64,000 bases of DNA from a virus, in the IMG/VR virus record IMGVR_UViG_3300017527_000643, positions 1-64,000 of that record; one strand, 5' to 3'. How positions within the stretch are numbered: the first letter of the stretch is position 1; each line of letters opens with the position of its first letter. Of the stretch, positions 56,988-64,000 are shown one piece after another. Position numbers and translations under genes: made by a program. The notes beneath the pieces were generated by a model. That model was not told the DNA's origin, searched no databases, and saw nothing but the letters and a program-made list of their open reading frames with translations.

Positions 56988-57887
56988 ATGACGGGCGTAA
57001 GCGGACTTTCGGTAATCGGGTACTTCGTGTGGTGGACGGTTAGCAACCAGAAGATTCGTAGGGATGACATGCAGAAGCTGATCGACGCAGCAGGTGTGAA
57101 GGACAATCAGGGGAAGCCGTTCAAGGTTCCTGAAGTGAAGGCGCGGTCTGCCTTCCTGAAGGCTGTCCGTGAGATTCGCGGGCAGAGCAAGAACAAGGGC
57201 ATCCTGATTCGCAAGATCAAGAAGGAATCAGAGGAATACCTTTTTGGGCTGGTTGATGAGGATGTGAACAAGCATGCACAAGAACTGAACTACTCGCACA
57301 GCGCCACCATGAAGTTCGATCCTATCCACGGTAATTTGAGTGTGGACCAGCCGCATCGAGGGTTCGATCTGGTCAAGGAACGGTACGCAGAGTACAAGGA
57401 TTTCATGAACAGCGATGATGTTCGGGAGATCGTCCTTACCATTCTGAATCAGATTCCCACTGTCAGTGTTCGTCAGCGCGGCGGCATCTACTTTGTGCCT
57501 GAGAAGTTCTCAGCCGAAGTGGAATGCCTGGAATCGCTGGTAGGCTCGCTGCCAGGTGGCGGGGAAGTTGATTTAGCTACGGTGGGCACCGGCTCCGCAA
57601 ACGGCAGTTACCTGGCGGTCGCTCCCCAGATCGATACTGAGAAGTCCAAGAAAGCCATCTACAAGGCATTTGTCGCTAGCTTGAAGTCCCGTATGCAGAG
57701 CTTCGAAAGTGACCTGGAAGAGAACGGTATCACCCAGACACACGCCCTCAAGACCCGTCTCCAGGAATTCAAGGACATGAAGGCTGAGATCGGATTCTAC
57801 CGGGATGCGCTCGAATTCCAGGTGGAAGATCTTACTGAAGGCTTGGATGCACTGACCAAGAAGGTGCAGAAGAAGTTGATGGAATAA
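56988..57887 (+). CDS. DUF6744/DUF3150-like protein
   Basis: IGYFVWWTV, AF.KA, R..GGIYFVP, helical C-terminus; ATG 56988 after AGGGAG. Family call from memory of the pattern. Confidence 0.55.
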   Translation: MTGVSGLSVIGYFVWWTVSNQKIRRDDMQKLIDAAGVKDNQGKPFKVPEVKARSAFLKAVREIRGQSKNKGILIRKIKKESEEYLFGLVDEDVNKHAQELNYSHSATMKFDPIHGNLSVDQPHRGFDLVKERYAEYKDFMNSDDVREIVLTILNQIPTVSVRQRGGIYFVPEKFSAEVECLESLVGSLPGGGEVDLATVGTGSANGSYLAVAPQIDTEKSKKAIYKAFVASLKSRMQSFESDLEENGITQTHALKTRLQEFKDMKAEIGFYRDALEFQVEDLTEGLDALTKKVQKKLME

Positions 57888-57893
57888 TGATTG

Positions 57894-57915
57894 GGAGGGC
57901 TTAGCCCTCCTTTTT
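57894..57915 (+). terminator. Rho-independent terminator
   Basis: GGAGGGC-TTA-GCCCTCC-TTTTT. Confidence 0.85.
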
Positions 57916-57946
57916 GTTTCTGCAGTATAATGAAAGGAGAAGTCTG

Positions 57947-58312
57947 ATGAAGAAGAAATTGACGAAGGTAAAAGAAGCCAGAAAGCGACTAGGACTTACA
58001 CTGCGGGATTTGGAGGAAAAGGTTGGAGTTTCCAGGCAAGCACTGTCAGCATACGAGCGTGGAGATTACCCCCCGCGTGAGGAAGTTTGGAAGAAGCTGA
58101 AGAAAGTTCTCAAGCTGAAAGGCAAAGTGGAAGAATATTGGGGCAGAGTTGCACATACCGGTAAAGCGAGACTGTACCATGAAGGTTCGGAATGCTACAT
58201 TAAGGGTTGCCACATTCAGCCAATTAGCCAGGGGTTGTGCCGCAAGCACTACCAGCGCATTCGTTATCATAGGATAACCCATGGCATTGCCCCAGAAATT
58301 AGCGAAGCTTGA
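57947..58312 (+). CDS. XRE-family HTH regulator with C-terminal CCCH Zn finger
   Basis: ARKRLGLTLRDLEEKVGVSRQALSAYERG; C.IKGC......GLCRKHY. Confidence 0.85.
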   Translation: MKKKLTKVKEARKRLGLTLRDLEEKVGVSRQALSAYERGDYPPREEVWKKLKKVLKLKGKVEEYWGRVAHTGKARLYHEGSECYIKGCHIQPISQGLCRKHYQRIRYHRITHGIAPEISEA

Positions 58313-58658
58313 AAGGCTGGCAAACAAACTAGGATATATAATAGTTCCTGGTAAAGAAAACGCCCTCCTGCCTGAAACAAAGACGATCACTGTAAACACG
58401 CGCCAATCTCCTATAAAACGCGCTTGGAATACCGCGCATGAAATAGGGCACGCAATTACGTTGACTCGTTGTGTGAACGAGATTGGTAAACGGGCACTTA
58501 GCGGTGCGTCCTACGAGTGGCCCACACTAGAGGCAGAATTTCGTGCGTGGCGCGAAGCAGATAAACTCATGAGAAAACTAAAGTTATACAATGACGCCTA
58601 CCTTAAGTATAAGCATTCCTGCATAAGATCCTATTATTGCTCATCAAATAAAAAATAA
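58281..58658 (+). CDS. ImmA/IrrE-family Zn metallopeptidase
   Basis: ITVN....PIKRAWNTAHEIGH...EAE..A; overlaps the XRE gene. Confidence 0.75.
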   Translation: MALPQKLAKLERLANKLGYIIVPGKENALLPETKTITVNTRQSPIKRAWNTAHEIGHAITLTRCVNEIGKRALSGASYEWPTLEAEFRAWREADKLMRKLKLYNDAYLKYKHSCIRSYYCSSNKK

Positions 58659-58676
58659 ACTTTGTAAAAATTCCGG

Positions 58677-58705
58677 TTGACAAGCTAAACTTCCGACCCT
58701 ATATT
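58677..58705 (+). promoter_or_regulatory. Sigma70 promoter P2
   Basis: TTGACA-agctaaacttccgaccc(17)-TATATT. Confidence 0.85.
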
Positions 58706-58750
58706 AGAGGTGTCAGCGGGAAAGCTAATATAACCGCAGGGAGAACAAAT

Positions 58751-59896
58751 ATGAAAGCTCTGGAGAAAGTCAAGAAGTTGCAGGAAGAACTGGATGCCAA
58801 TATCGTAGAGCGGTCTACCGAGATCGAAGGTTCCCTGGCGGCACTGATTGCGAAGGTGCACGTCCTTTTCCTGGGGCCTCCCGGAACCGCCAAGTCCCTG
58901 TTGGCTGAGAACATCTGCAAGGCGCTTATCGGCGGAAAGTTCTTCCGCTGGCTCATGACCAAGTATACGACGCCTGAAGAGTTGTTTGGTCCACCCTCCC
59001 TGAAGGGGCTGGAGAACGACGAGTACCGGCGTATCACCAAGAACAAGCTCCCGGAAGCTATTATTGCTTTCCTGGACGAGATCTTCAAGGCCAATTCAGC
59101 CATTCTGAACAGTTTGCTGACGGCTATCAATGAGCGCAAGTTTGACAACAACGGCGACAATGGTCCGATGGATATTCCCCTCCTGTCCTGCTTCGGTGCC
59201 TCCAATGAGTTGCCGCAGGGCGAAGAACTTGGCGCACTCTATGATAGATTCCTGATGCGCTATTGGGTCAAGGAAATCCAGGACGATACTAACTTCTGCA
59301 ACTTGCTTGCTGGCAATATCGGGAACAACGACCCTAGCGTGGAGCTTACCATCGAAGAGATCGATGAATTGAACAAGCTGGCGGCAGAAGTAACCCTCAC
59401 GCAGGACATGCTTACCAACATGCGGAAGGTCCAGGCCGATCTGAAGATCAAGGGCGTCACCGCAAGTGACCGTCGCTGGAAGAGCGCTGTAGGCGTTCTG
59501 AAGGCACTTGCGCTGCTGCGCGGGCAGGATGAGGTTACCGGAGAAGAACTGGAAGCGCTGGCAGACATGATGTGGCAGAAGCCTGAAGACCGCAGGACCA
59601 TCCTGGAAGTCGTGAGCCAGTACGGCAACCCTCTGAACCTGAAGGCTATCGAATACCTGGATATGGGCAAGGAAGTTTACGACAAGTGGGCGCAGGCAGA
59701 CAAGGATGCCCAGGAAATGGCAGCAATTCAGGCGAACAAGCAGATCAAGGAAATCCTCAAGAGCATCAAGGCTGACATCCACGGGCGCTCGGACTCCGAA
59801 ACCCGGAAGCTGCGGGAAACCCAGAAGACCCTGAAGCGCCACCTCAAGACCCTCACCATGAAGATGATGGATCTGGATGATTCGGACAGCTTCTAA
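58751..59896 (+). CDS. MoxR-family AAA+ ATPase (RavA-like)
   Basis: GPPGTAKS, TTPEELFGP, FLDEIFK, ASNE, LYDRF, SDRRW. Confidence 0.92.
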   Translation: MKALEKVKKLQEELDANIVERSTEIEGSLAALIAKVHVLFLGPPGTAKSLLAENICKALIGGKFFRWLMTKYTTPEELFGPPSLKGLENDEYRRITKNKLPEAIIAFLDEIFKANSAILNSLLTAINERKFDNNGDNGPMDIPLLSCFGASNELPQGEELGALYDRFLMRYWVKEIQDDTNFCNLLAGNIGNNDPSVELTIEEIDELNKLAAEVTLTQDMLTNMRKVQADLKIKGVTASDRRWKSAVGVLKALALLRGQDEVTGEELEALADMMWQKPEDRRTILEVVSQYGNPLNLKAIEYLDMGKEVYDKWAQADKDAQEMAAIQANKQIKEILKSIKADIHGRSDSETRKLRETQKTLKRHLKTLTMKMMDLDDSDSF

Positions 59897-59904
59897 AGAT
59901 TCAC

Positions 59905-59933
59905 TTGACAAGCTTCCCTCCCGACCTTATATT
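59905..59933 (+). promoter_or_regulatory. Sigma70 promoter P3
   Basis: TTGACA-agcttccctcccgacct(17)-TATATT. Confidence 0.85.
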
Positions 59934-59952
59934 GTCTCTAGCGGAGGAAATA

Positions 59953-61401
59953 ATGAAGGGCAAAACTCTAATCGACTATACGAAGTGGGAAAAGGTTCAG
60001 AAGGAAGGCTTCCAAGAGAAATACGAACCGATGCAGGAAGCAATCAAGAACGGCGACAACAAGGGATATACGTTTGACCCATTCACGCAGGATCTTTTCA
60101 GTGCCCTTTACCAATTGAAGCCGCAGTTCCCGGAAGAAGCTACCCCTGGCACGAACTGGCAAAAGGAAGCACTCGATACGATGCGGGATCTCCGCGAGTA
60201 CAAGGATATTCGCAACGGTGGAACCCTCTGCGATAGCTTCCAGTCTGGTCTGGGCGCTACTGTGATGGCAAAGCATTTTGCAGAAGTGCTGCCTGAAATG
60301 GAAGAACCAAATCCCGATGAACTTCAAATGCAGCAAGAAGCTATCGAAGATTTTCTGCAGGAATTCCCCGATCACCCGAATAAGGAAAAGCACCAAAAGG
60401 CACTCCAGCGAATTGCAGACCAGAACAAGGCTTCGTCAAAGGCATGGCAGGAAGGTGCTATGAAGGGGCAGGATCTGCGGATTGCCATGCGCCAAGCGTT
60501 GACGAAGGCCAAAGAGGCTATCGGAAAAGCAGAAGAAATGGCAGATGCCTACGGGTTTGGCGACGAACCCGGTAAGGATGGGTACACTGACCCCACTATG
60601 AAGTTGCGGATCGCAGAGAAGGTTCGTGCCAATCCTAAGCTGCGCAAGCTGGCTGAACTGGCTGGAAGGTTCCGTAGAGAGGCTAGGAAGGCCCAGGCGC
60701 ACAAGAAGTCCCCTGGCCCGGATGAGATCACGGATATCGAGATGGGAGCCGACCTGGGGCGTCTTATCCCTTCGGAGCTAATGAAGCTGGCTCACCCTCT
60801 GATGAAGCTCGAATTTGCCCGCAGGATGCTGGAACGGGGCCTGTCTCAGTATAAAATGGAATCTGTAGAAAAGAAGACTCGTGGGCCTATCATCGTTTGT
60901 ATAGACAATTCATATTCGATGAGTGGTCCTAAAGAGATTTGGAGCAAAGCCATTGCGCTGGCTATGTGCCAGATTGCGGTCGATCAGAAGCGCACTTTCG
61001 AGGTTATGCATTTTGATACTAAAGTACAAAAGATCTTTGCATTTCCTGCTGGAAATACTAACCCAGAAGAACTGATTCAGTGTATGTCATACTTTAGTAA
61101 GGGCGGTACTAAATTTGCTCCGGTGCTTGCAACAGCGTATGACCATATTACGAATGCGGCTGAAAAGGATTTGAAGGAAGCGGACGTTATCTTTATCACA
61201 GACGGCGAAGCTCCACTGAGTACCACAGAACAGCAGATTATCACTGCAGCCAAGAAGGCGACCGGTGCGAGCCTGTACACGATTTGTTTGGGTGCGACTG
61301 CCCCTAGCCTGGAGCCGATCAGCGATAAGTTCCTGGATCTCAAGAATCTGACTTCTCCTGAAGATGAGGAACAGGCCAAAGAGCTTATTTTCTCTGTTTA
61401 G
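59953..61401 (+). CDS. VWA-domain protein (ViaA-like)
   Basis: G.DL.RL.PSEL, GPIIVCIDNSYSM (MIDAS DxSxS), GGT, ITDG. Confidence 0.9.
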   Translation: MKGKTLIDYTKWEKVQKEGFQEKYEPMQEAIKNGDNKGYTFDPFTQDLFSALYQLKPQFPEEATPGTNWQKEALDTMRDLREYKDIRNGGTLCDSFQSGLGATVMAKHFAEVLPEMEEPNPDELQMQQEAIEDFLQEFPDHPNKEKHQKALQRIADQNKASSKAWQEGAMKGQDLRIAMRQALTKAKEAIGKAEEMADAYGFGDEPGKDGYTDPTMKLRIAEKVRANPKLRKLAELAGRFRREARKAQAHKKSPGPDEITDIEMGADLGRLIPSELMKLAHPLMKLEFARRMLERGLSQYKMESVEKKTRGPIIVCIDNSYSMSGPKEIWSKAIALAMCQIAVDQKRTFEVMHFDTKVQKIFAFPAGNTNPEELIQCMSYFSKGGTKFAPVLATAYDHITNAAEKDLKEADVIFITDGEAPLSTTEQQIITAAKKATGASLYTICLGATAPSLEPISDKFLDLKNLTSPEDEEQAKELIFSV

Positions 61402-61480
61402 CCTTACCACTCCTAGACATTCCTTAATTTTTAGCCTCCACTGTGTGGTACAATACGCCGCATGTTTGGAGGATTTCATC

Positions 61481-61876
61481 ATGGCACGGGTACTTATAGT
61501 TGATGACGATCCATCTATATTGAAATTTGTAGAGGAAATATTAAACAAATATGCGAAAAACGAATATAGTTCAGATTGGGATTTACGGGTTACTTCAGTT
61601 AGCAGCGCGATTAAAGCGCTAGAAATAGTAAAAGAGCATAATTTTGAACTGATTATAACTGATATTCTGATGGCGCGTATGGATGGGTGGGAATTTATTA
61701 AGGAAATTAGAAAGAAATTTCCGCAGTTTGATACCCCAATTGTAGTTATATCTGCGATCCAAGGGGCAGATCTAAAGTATGAAAGTATGCGGCACGGAGC
61801 AAGTGCCTGGTTCCATAAGCCATTGCGCCCAAAGGAATTCACCACAGAAATTTTTAAATTGATTCAGGAGCGTTAG
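61481..61876 (+). CDS. Single-domain response regulator (CheY-like)
   Basis: VDDD, TDILM..MDG, ISA, KP: all phospho-acceptor residues present; GGAGG SD; TGGTACAAT extended -10 upstream. Confidence 0.9.
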   Translation: MARVLIVDDDPSILKFVEEILNKYAKNEYSSDWDLRVTSVSSAIKALEIVKEHNFELIITDILMARMDGWEFIKEIRKKFPQFDTPIVVISAIQGADLKYESMRHGASAWFHKPLRPKEFTTEIFKLIQER

Positions 61877-61880
61877 GCAG

Positions 61881-62216
61881 ATGGACATCTCTACTATACT
61901 TAGCGGTATCTCTATACTCCTCGCAGCATCTTTAGTAATTTGGATGAAAGTCATTTCTGCACGGGCGTTTAAATCCCTTGATGACAAAATAAAGGATTTA
62001 CACGACACTGTTGCGGGCTTAGATTCATCTGTGCGAGACATGGAAAAGGAAATCGTTCGCTTCCAAGCTTTTGAAAAGGGTGTTGATAAAGACATCAAGC
62101 AAGTGAAAGCTGACGTTATCCGTGAAGCACAGGTGATGAATAACCATTTGGAGACTGTGCATAAAAAGATCGACCACGTTGATACTATATTAGAAAAGCT
62201 GCGGGATAAAAAGTAG
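61881..62216 (+). CDS. Single-TM coiled-coil protein (holin/XhlA-like candidate)
   Basis: N-terminal TM helix followed by heptad repeats. Confidence 0.5.
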   Translation: MDISTILSGISILLAASLVIWMKVISARAFKSLDDKIKDLHDTVAGLDSSVRDMEKEIVRFQAFEKGVDKDIKQVKADVIREAQVMNNHLETVHKKIDHVDTILEKLRDKK

Positions 62217-62226
62217 GGAGCCGATT

Positions 62227-62424
62227 ATGGTAACTGAAAAATTTAAAGAACTTATAGCCTACGTGGCGTCCTGCAACGGTACTGGGCGAGCAGAATTAGA
62301 TCAAAAGGTTGCTGCGGGAATACTTAATAAAGACGAAGCTGATTTAGTTTTTTATTATGCTAGCATCAAAAAGATAAATAATAAATTAGACAACATTACC
62401 AAAAAAGCCAAAGCTTCTCTTTGA
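62227..62424 (+). CDS. Small hypothetical protein
   Basis: 65 aa, GGGAG SD. Confidence 0.5.
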   Translation: MVTEKFKELIAYVASCNGTGRAELDQKVAAGILNKDEADLVFYYASIKKINNKLDNITKKAKASL

Positions 62425-62460
62425 GCCTTCTTGAAGTATAATACTTCTAGGAGGCTACCC

Positions 62461-62952
62461 ATGCAACCCTACAAAAAAATCATCAGAGATCCCATTCAAG
62501 TGTTCAGGCGCAGATGGAATGCTGACGGGCGTGGTAGGCTTATGGAAGGGCTTAGGAACGACGATAAGGCGTTCTCAGAGGACTTTGGGCAAGCTTACGT
62601 GACTACGATCCTTCCTGGGGTTATCAAAGCATGGCACATGCACGAAAAGCAAACTGATCGGATGCTGCTTCTGCGTGGGACTGTGCGGTTCGTGGCTGTC
62701 TTAGGGCTTGTGGCACATACGCCTGAAGGGCTTGGCCCGGATGTAAAAATGGATTTTGTAGTTAGCGATTTTGACCCATATTTGATTGTTATCCCGCCGA
62801 CTCTCTACCATGGATTTCAAAATATGGCAGATGAAGAAGCTTATATTTTGAATATTCCTACTAAAGAATACAACCGTGAAAACCCGGATGAAAAGCGGCT
62901 TGATCCTCATGATATTGTGGACTTTCCCTGGAAAATATCGTTGGATGGATAA
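62461..62952 (+). CDS. rmlC: dTDP-4-dehydrorhamnose 3,5-epimerase family cupin
   Basis: DGRG, PGVIKAWHMH, IPP.LYHGFQN. Confidence 0.75.
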   Translation: MQPYKKIIRDPIQVFRRRWNADGRGRLMEGLRNDDKAFSEDFGQAYVTTILPGVIKAWHMHEKQTDRMLLLRGTVRFVAVLGLVAHTPEGLGPDVKMDFVVSDFDPYLIVIPPTLYHGFQNMADEEAYILNIPTKEYNRENPDEKRLDPHDIVDFPWKISLDG

Positions 62953-63165
62953 ATGCCTATCTACTCTTTGAAATGTAATGCGTGTGGGCACCTCCAAGAT
63001 GAGCTTATAGGGGTTTCAGAAATAGCAGAATATGATCCAAAGGATATGAACCTATCAGAGCTTAAAGTTAAGTGCAAAAAGTGTGGTAAACATAAGTTTA
63101 GCAAGCAGGTTGCTGCCCATGGTAAAATGCCCCATAACTGGAGCGAGTGGCAGCGAAGGCCATGA
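62953..63165 (+). CDS. FmdB-like zinc-ribbon protein
   Basis: MPIY..KC..CGH...C.KCG. Confidence 0.8.
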   Translation: MPIYSLKCNACGHLQDELIGVSEIAEYDPKDMNLSELKVKCKKCGKHKFSKQVAAHGKMPHNWSEWQRRP

Positions 63166-63371
63166 AAGAGAGTTTTAAAGAATTAGTAGATTTGATAGGT
63201 GACCGTAATAGTTTATGGGTAGAGCTTCGTACAGGAATAAAAATTTGTCTTGTAGCTGTAAATGACTACAAAAAGAAAGTGCTTACAGGAAGATACACGC
63301 CATGTGTGCCAAAAGCCCGGATATTTCCCATAAAATATGAACAAATTAAACGCATAGCTGGAGGTAACTAA
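63162..63371 (+). CDS. Small hypothetical protein
   Basis: ATGA overlap with upstream stop. Confidence 0.5.
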   Translation: MKESFKELVDLIGDRNSLWVELRTGIKICLVAVNDYKKKVLTGRYTPCVPKARIFPIKYEQIKRIAGGN

Positions 63372-63532
63372 TGAAAGCTAAAGACAAAAAGATGGACAAA
63401 GTAGCATACCGTAAGAAGATCCATATCCGGTTGGATGACGATCTTCACAGAAAACTAAGGTTGAAAGTAGCTAATGAAGCTACGACTATTCAAAATTATA
63501 TTACAAATCTTCTAAGAAAATCCTTAGTTTAG
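63371..63532 (+). CDS. Ribbon-helix-helix DNA-binding protein (not in ORF track)
   Basis: 53 aa, KKIHIRLDDDLHRKLRLKVANEATTIQNYITNLL; GGAGGT SD. Confidence 0.75.
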   Translation: MKAKDKKMDKVAYRKKIHIRLDDDLHRKLRLKVANEATTIQNYITNLLRKSLV

Positions 63533-63564
63533 GAACTTTATTACTTCCCTTCATAAAAATAAAG

Positions 63565-63599
63565 TTGACAAATCTTTAGTAGATGTTTATATTACATCT
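63565..63599 (+). promoter_or_regulatory. Sigma70 promoter P4 with palindromic operator
   Basis: TTGACA-17 bp-TATATT; AGATGT-N7-ACATCT brackets the -10. Confidence 0.8.
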
Positions 63600-63642
63600 G
63601 TCGAAGTGCTGTCGGGAACTAAACAATGAAGGGAGAACGAAC

Positions 63643-64000
63643 ATGGGTAACAAGGTAAAGAAAACGGAGCCGAAGAAGCGGGTAAAGCGGTACGACGACG
63701 CTGAGAAGGTGAAGCTCTTGAATGACTATCAGGAACTTCGAAACGGTGGCAAAAACGCTGATGTTGCTGCCAAGGAAGTTGGCGTTCCCTACATCACTTT
63801 GCGGACGTGGCAGAAGGCCAAGGAAAAGAAGCCCAAGGGCAAGAAGAAGGCTGTGAAGGCCCTTGCGCGGGGCGCGAAGGCCAAGAAGGTACGCACTCCC
63901 AAGGCTCCCAGCGCGGCTGTCGTGCTCGTGCTCACGGATGGGACGCGGGTCGAATGTGCCAATGCTACGGATGCCGTGGCGTTCATCAAGGCCAATCGCT
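63643..64000 (+). CDS. HTH protein resembling IS66 TnpA/HTH_Tnp_1, running off the window
   Basis: KRYDDAEKVKLL...AAKEVGVPYITLRTWQK, K/A-rich linker, VVLVLTDGTRVEC C-terminal motif. Confidence 0.65.
   Translation, partial: MGNKVKKTEPKKRVKRYDDAEKVKLLNDYQELRNGGKNADVAAKEVGVPYITLRTWQKAKEKKPKGKKKAVKALARGAKAKKVRTPKAPSAAVVLVLTDGTRVECANATDAVAFIKANR

Noticed and set aside
59096-59911. 271-aa antisense ORF (also 61087-61845, 5322-6005, 23115-23687 and similar)
   Set aside because: Shadows of well-supported + strand genes with biased codons; no SD or recognisable motifs
56913-62460. Upstream TTG/ATG starts given in the ORF track for 56913, 57914, 59905, 61364 and 62431
   Set aside because: They fall within promoter, terminator or upstream-gene sequence; downstream ATGs with clear SDs (56988, 57947, 59953, 61481, 62461) are preferred
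1-64000. Stop-codon reassignment (alternative genetic code)
   Set aside because: Code 11 gives dense full-length genes; TAG, TGA and TAA all end genes that are followed by SD-led starts
1-64000. tRNA, rRNA, introns, inteins, integrase
   Set aside because: None recognised by eye; intergenic gaps are short and core genes (portal, MCP, ligase) look uninterrupted. A tRNAscan/Infernal run would be needed to exclude small RNAs

Overview
The window is part of a large, temperate-status-unknown tailed bacteriophage genome with a contractile tail (myovirus morphotype), read almost entirely on the + strand in standard code 11. About 0.2-17 kb is the head module: portal, Zn-finger prohead protease, scaffold, decoration protein, HK97-type major capsid protein and several low-complexity head-associated proteins. 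An amidase, a membrane metallopeptidase and a Cas4/RecB-like nuclease interrupt it. About 16.5-26.6 kb holds neck and fibre genes. About 26.6-54 kb is the tail and baseplate: sheath, tube, a chaperone pair with a -1 frameshift site, tape measure, hub, spike, wedges, two paralogous pairs of beta-helix/lectin adhesins and a long fibre. About 54-64 kb is a non-structural region: NAD-dependent ligase, a DUF6744-like gene, an XRE/ImmA-IrrE pair, a RavA/ViaA-like AAA+/VWA pair, an orphan response regulator, RmlC and small regulators. The most notable signals are: (1) three near-identical sigma70 promoters with a conserved spacer driving the DUF6744-like, AAA+ and VWA genes, with a repressor/metalloprotease switch embedded among them; (2) a recurring basic-x-A-[S/Q] motif punctuating head proteins, including a DUF192-containing multi-domain protein, which suggests protease-processed capsid cargo; (3) a 12-bp stem that hides the protease RBS; (4) a nested start in the scaffold gene; (5) an identical 12-mer at a fixed position before three late genes. 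All product calls come from motif recognition and synteny, not database searches.
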